Shown in pieces: positions 60,434-64,000 of a stretch of 64,000 nt of DNA (position 1 is the first letter of the stretch; the number at the start of each line of letters is the position of its first letter). This DNA is from Epithemia pelagica. Its lineage: Eukaryota; Protista; Bacillariophyta. The stretch is from NCBI GenBank assembly GCA_946965045.2, contig OX337229.1, positions 2,108,001-2,172,000 of the forward strand. Direction: 5' to 3'. The translations under genes were made by a program, and so were the position numbers. The notes under the pieces were generated by a model. That model ran no database searches, had not been told where the DNA came from, and worked only from the letters and a program-made list of their open reading frames with translations.

Positions 60434-61441
60434 TGTTAGAATTCTCACCGTCTATGGTGGTTAGATTCTACATCTCATCGATTCCCCATGTCACATAGCC
60501 TCGTGCTATCGCATCATGCCATCTAGCTTCGAGCTATGTTCCCTAGCTTCGCGCTATATCGACCTATATTTCTTCACAAATCATGAAAAGTGAGAATAGA
60601 TTGACGAACTCACTCTCAAGACTAAACTGGGTCGTGCGGTATTACAACGGACGTAAATTTGGCCGTTGCTCGGACATTATACTAACGCCCTAAGCGTACG
60701 CGCCCAAAATCATCGAGCGTGCCCAAGCGACATCCGAGCGCTGTCGGCATCTATCCGACCCAACGGTCTAAGTATCCCAAGCACGACACACGATCACGCA
60801 AGACCATATTTCCATTCCCACAATCTCCAAATTGTCAACAAGCTGCGCGCCATGAAAACAACTATGCCAATCCAAAGCAAGAGCTGTTGACCCTGTATAT
60901 GTTATCCGTCCACATATACATGTCATATACATCACATGAATCGACTCCAACTATTCCAAACCTGTTGCCGCCAAGAACCCTACCCCCAAGCAGGGGTGAG
61001 TCCAGGTCGCACATAGGTCGTACCTAAAGGTACATCTGTATACTCACCCCCTTGGCTCGACCACCCAAAATTGGCGGTTTTCCGACATTGATACAAATTG
61101 CATTTTACCTCAACGCATCCACCACGGTGCCAAACTAATGAGGTCGATTGCATCCGCCGTGAAGGCTGTCCAACCGCACCCAAGCCCTTGTAAGCTTTCC
61201 CATCCTACCGACGACACTTCTGCCTACTCGGTGTTGCCTTCAATTGTTCTTTCACGAGCATGGACAACCAGCAAAACACCACATTTCGCGACAACAACGA
61301 GGGAGATGAAGATCCATCAACCGACTTCCCAAACCGCTCTATTACGTCCCTTCCGCCATCTCATTCTCTCCCCATAATACCGAGCGGCCTTCCAAAGGTC
61401 CAGACCTTCTGCACCAGGCACGAACCGGAACAACCATAAAC

Positions 61442-61470
61442 CAAGACAAGACAAGACAAGACAAGACAAG
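61442..61470. repeat. (CAAGA)n pentanucleotide microsatellite
   Basis: caagacaagacaagacaagacaagacaag. Confidence 0.95.
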
Positions 61471-61646
61471 GATGGAAGGTTGTGGTTGTCTCCATTGATA
61501 GTGCCATCTGATACAGCTTTTATCTCTTCTGTCTGTGTGTCTCCTCGGTGAACGAAAGATAGCTTGAATCTTTCCTTTTGTTTCGTGATCTGAAATTGGT
61601 GCAGCGGCGGTCATCTCGTCATTGGACACGCTTTCCCAACAACACC

Positions 61647-62315
61647 ATGTCTTCCTTTCGTTCGGCCTCAATTCCCAGTGTCGATCGCGGCAAACAATCG
61701 ATTGAAACCATTTGTTTGCTCTTGGCCTACAAGATCCAATATCCACTCAACTTTTTTATACTACGAGGCAATCACGAAAGTGCCGGTATCAATCGCATTT
61801 ATGGATTTTACGACGAATGCAAACGGCAGTATTCCATCAAATTGTGGAAAGTCTTTTCCGATGTCTTTAATTGTCTGCCCGCCGCCGCTGTGATTGACGA
61901 ACGAATCTTGTGCATGCATGGCGGGTTGTCTCCTCAATTGCAAGAATTGGACCAGATCGCCGACCTTGAACGACCCTGCGATGTTCCCGATTCCGGATTG
62001 TTGTGTGATTTGTTGTGGAGTGATCCCGATGCTCCCAATTATTGTGGCGAATTTGACAATGCCGGCGGCATGATTACCATTGCACACGATTTAACCTGTT
62101 CCTTTCAAATCCTCAAACCCAGTCATTCTCGTCACAACCCATCTCTGGCTGCAGCAACCACTGCAACATCGCGAGGAGAAGGAACGCGACGTCCAAATCC
62201 CAGAGAGCATAAAAAGGACTCCACCAAGACCACTCCGACAAGCAGTAGCAGTGTCGAACCATCCTCCGTGTCCAGTCGAACCATGGGCAGTGGTCTTCTT
62301 CGCAGCACCTTTTGA
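61647..62315 (+). pseudogene. Protein phosphatase 1 catalytic-subunit fragment, 5'-truncated and with an in-frame internal deletion
   Basis: [48 protein letters not shown] joined directly to [12 protein letters not shown] (junction 62030/62031). No GDIHG/GDY region visible upstream. Confidence 0.85.
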
Positions 62316-62945
62316 GCACATTTACTTTAGGGGCGAGGGCTTTGTTTTGCATCCCCACCATTGGAGCAAGGTTATCGTGTCCCTGGAAAGCTTTGTCGAG
62401 AGATGAAATTCATGGTTCATCCTGCGTCGAAAGCATCCCAGCTTGCGGTCGAAAAGGTTTCTGGGCGACCAGTTGGTGGTGGGCATCGAAGTGAATCCAC
62501 CCCCTTGTGCGACCGTGCACTAGTGTCGGAAACGGGCAACTGCCCTTATTGCACAGACCGACAAGAAATTTGTATCCTGCTGGAGTAGAAACTCCACGGT
62601 TTGTGCCGTGGTGGATGGACCTTTCGGTCCATTAGCAGCGATCATAATTTCTAATTTAAGCTCTGGGACCCTTTCGTAGTATTCTCCACGCCCAACTGCT
62701 CCGTATTTCGTTGCGAAAAGGAATGCTTTGTATGCTTGATGCGACTTGGACTCCACTCGATGGTGAGATTGTCGTTCTCGATAGTGTTGCCAAGGCACCC
62801 ACTCCGGAAGGCTCACTCCAAGTCGGAAGCACCACCATTCAGTGATCTTGATCTCCTACGAGCATAAACTCCCTTGTCTTTTTGGAGAGGGAAACAACAC
62901 ATTCAAAATGATTGGAAGAAGCGATCATTCATTCCTATCGTGCCC

Positions 62946-63300
62946 TTAAAAGAATTGAAGGATGGCACCCAGTACCACCAGGCCACCGGACAACCAGGCA
63001 TAGTATTGTTTCCATTGGATGGCTTCTTGTTGCTGTTCTTGGACTTGTCGCATTTCTTGTAATGTTTGTTGTAATTGTTGTTGCAAGTTCTCTCGTTCTT
63101 GTTTGGCTTGTTCATTCCCCTGCAATACTTGTTGCTGTAACTGCCCTCGTTCCACCCGACCGGCTTCCTGGGCGTTTCGTATTTCGTCTTGCAAGGCTTG
63201 CTTTTCCTGGTTCAGTCGATGTTGTTGTTGTTGATACTGTTTCAATTGTTCGGATTGTTGTTGTTGTAATTGCGCTCGTTCTGTCCGACTTGTTTCCTGG
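62946..63300 (-). other. Gln-rich coiled-coil ORF ending in a C-terminal TM helix; no in-frame ATG (orphan exon or decayed gene)
   Basis: QETSRTERAQLQQQQSEQLKQY..EAIQWKQYYAWLSGGLVVLGAILQFF*. The frame is closed upstream by TGA near 63330. Confidence 0.4.
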
Positions 63301-63491
63301 GAGCTGGGGTAATCCTGAGCAGCTCGCTGTCATTCCAGGCAAAGTCTGACTACAAAGCGGAACACGACCAGAACGCTTAATCGATGTACTATAGCATAAA
63401 CTATGAACATGGACAAATAGAGAACTAATAGAAAGATTTAGGCCCACCACCACCCGGTTTTTGCAACCGCCCCAAATCATACTACATTAAT

Positions 63492-64000
63492 TTACAGACG
63501 CACCATCTTGTGCTTCATGCCGCCTTCAAATTGTGCGTCCGGCTCATGTAGGGAAATCAACAACGCTCTGAATCCGTTTGTTGTGTCGTACATAAATTCG
63601 TAGTCGAACCTGCTTTGGACCATGAAAGGAAGAGAAAGAGAAAACTTTGACCTGACAAAGTCTGTTTCTCTTTTTAGCATCTGATTCATGGCGTCTTCCA
63701 AAGCAAGTTTCATTCGTAGGTTTTTCTCCTCGACATGCCACTCTCTGTGCATGTGTTGGGTTAGATAATGGATATGAGTTGCGTTGTCAGGCCAAATTAC
63801 CTTCACATGTACCTGTAGCTGGCTCGGATCCACTTCAATCAAGCAATTTGTTGTGTCTTCATGTGCAATACCTGTAGGCAACACCACCAAAATCACCAAA
63901 TGACGCTGTTTCTTGTCGTCGACCCACTGTGTCAAGACATGAGGAGGCTCCCAATTCCTCATCATGTCATTACCACTGTCTTCTTCATTCGTCTTTTTCC
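63492..64000 (-). CDS. Hypothetical protein, 5' end beyond the window
   Basis: Frame open from the window edge to TAA at 63492. Compact beta-rich pattern VILVVLPTG..IEVD..LQVHV..FSLSLPFMV. Confidence 0.55.
   Translation of the reverse strand, partial: KKTNEEDSGNDMMRNWEPPHVLTQWVDDKKQRHLVILVVLPTGIAHEDTTNCLIEVDPSQLQVHVKVIWPDNATHIHYLTQHMHREWHVEEKNLRMKLALEDAMNQMLKRETDFVRSKFSLSLPFMVQSRFDYEFMYDTTNGFRALLISLHEPDAQFEGGMKHKMVRL

Overview
This is eukaryotic nuclear DNA, very probably from a diatom. Supporting evidence: short GT-AG introns, bipartite ASAFAP-type plastid presequences, DUF6824 domains and an AdoMetDC-aminopropyltransferase fusion. The ORF track ignores introns and uses non-ATG starts, so I rebuilt the gene models by hand from splice sites and frame continuity. 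From 0.4 to 59.3 kb the window is gene-dense, with about 25 protein genes: three GSTs of different classes, SRP68, POLD3, a two-DUF6824 protein, an ABC-F ATPase, a polyamine-synthesis fusion, a fibrillin, a VOC protein, TBC1D20, an ankyrin-like repeat gene with a frameshift, a TMF golgin, CDC23, an MscS channel, an NTT-like carrier, an unknown membrane protein, a plastid bestrophin, ACADSB, an inositol transporter, a plastid HAD hydrolase, NUP98-96, TRAPPC12, a 2OG-Fe(II) oxygenase and a TSTD2/TrhO-like rhodanese. A 176-bp tandem array at 59.6-60.4 kb marks the switch to a decayed region holding a doubly deleted PP1 copy and fragmentary ORFs. Best leads: (1) a TGACGT/TGACGTCA/TGACGC cluster, matching diatom CO2/cAMP-responsive elements, in the bidirectional promoter shared by the bestrophin and an uncharacterised membrane protein; (2) an ABC-F with one ATPase site degenerate on both halves; (3) the long-chain-polyamine-type fusion enzyme, with an acidic insert, an apparently eroded C-terminal domain and a yghU neighbour; (4) the truncated PP1 ORF. 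I recognised no tRNA, rRNA, CRISPR array or intact transposase. All family calls are from motif recognition; no database searches were run.
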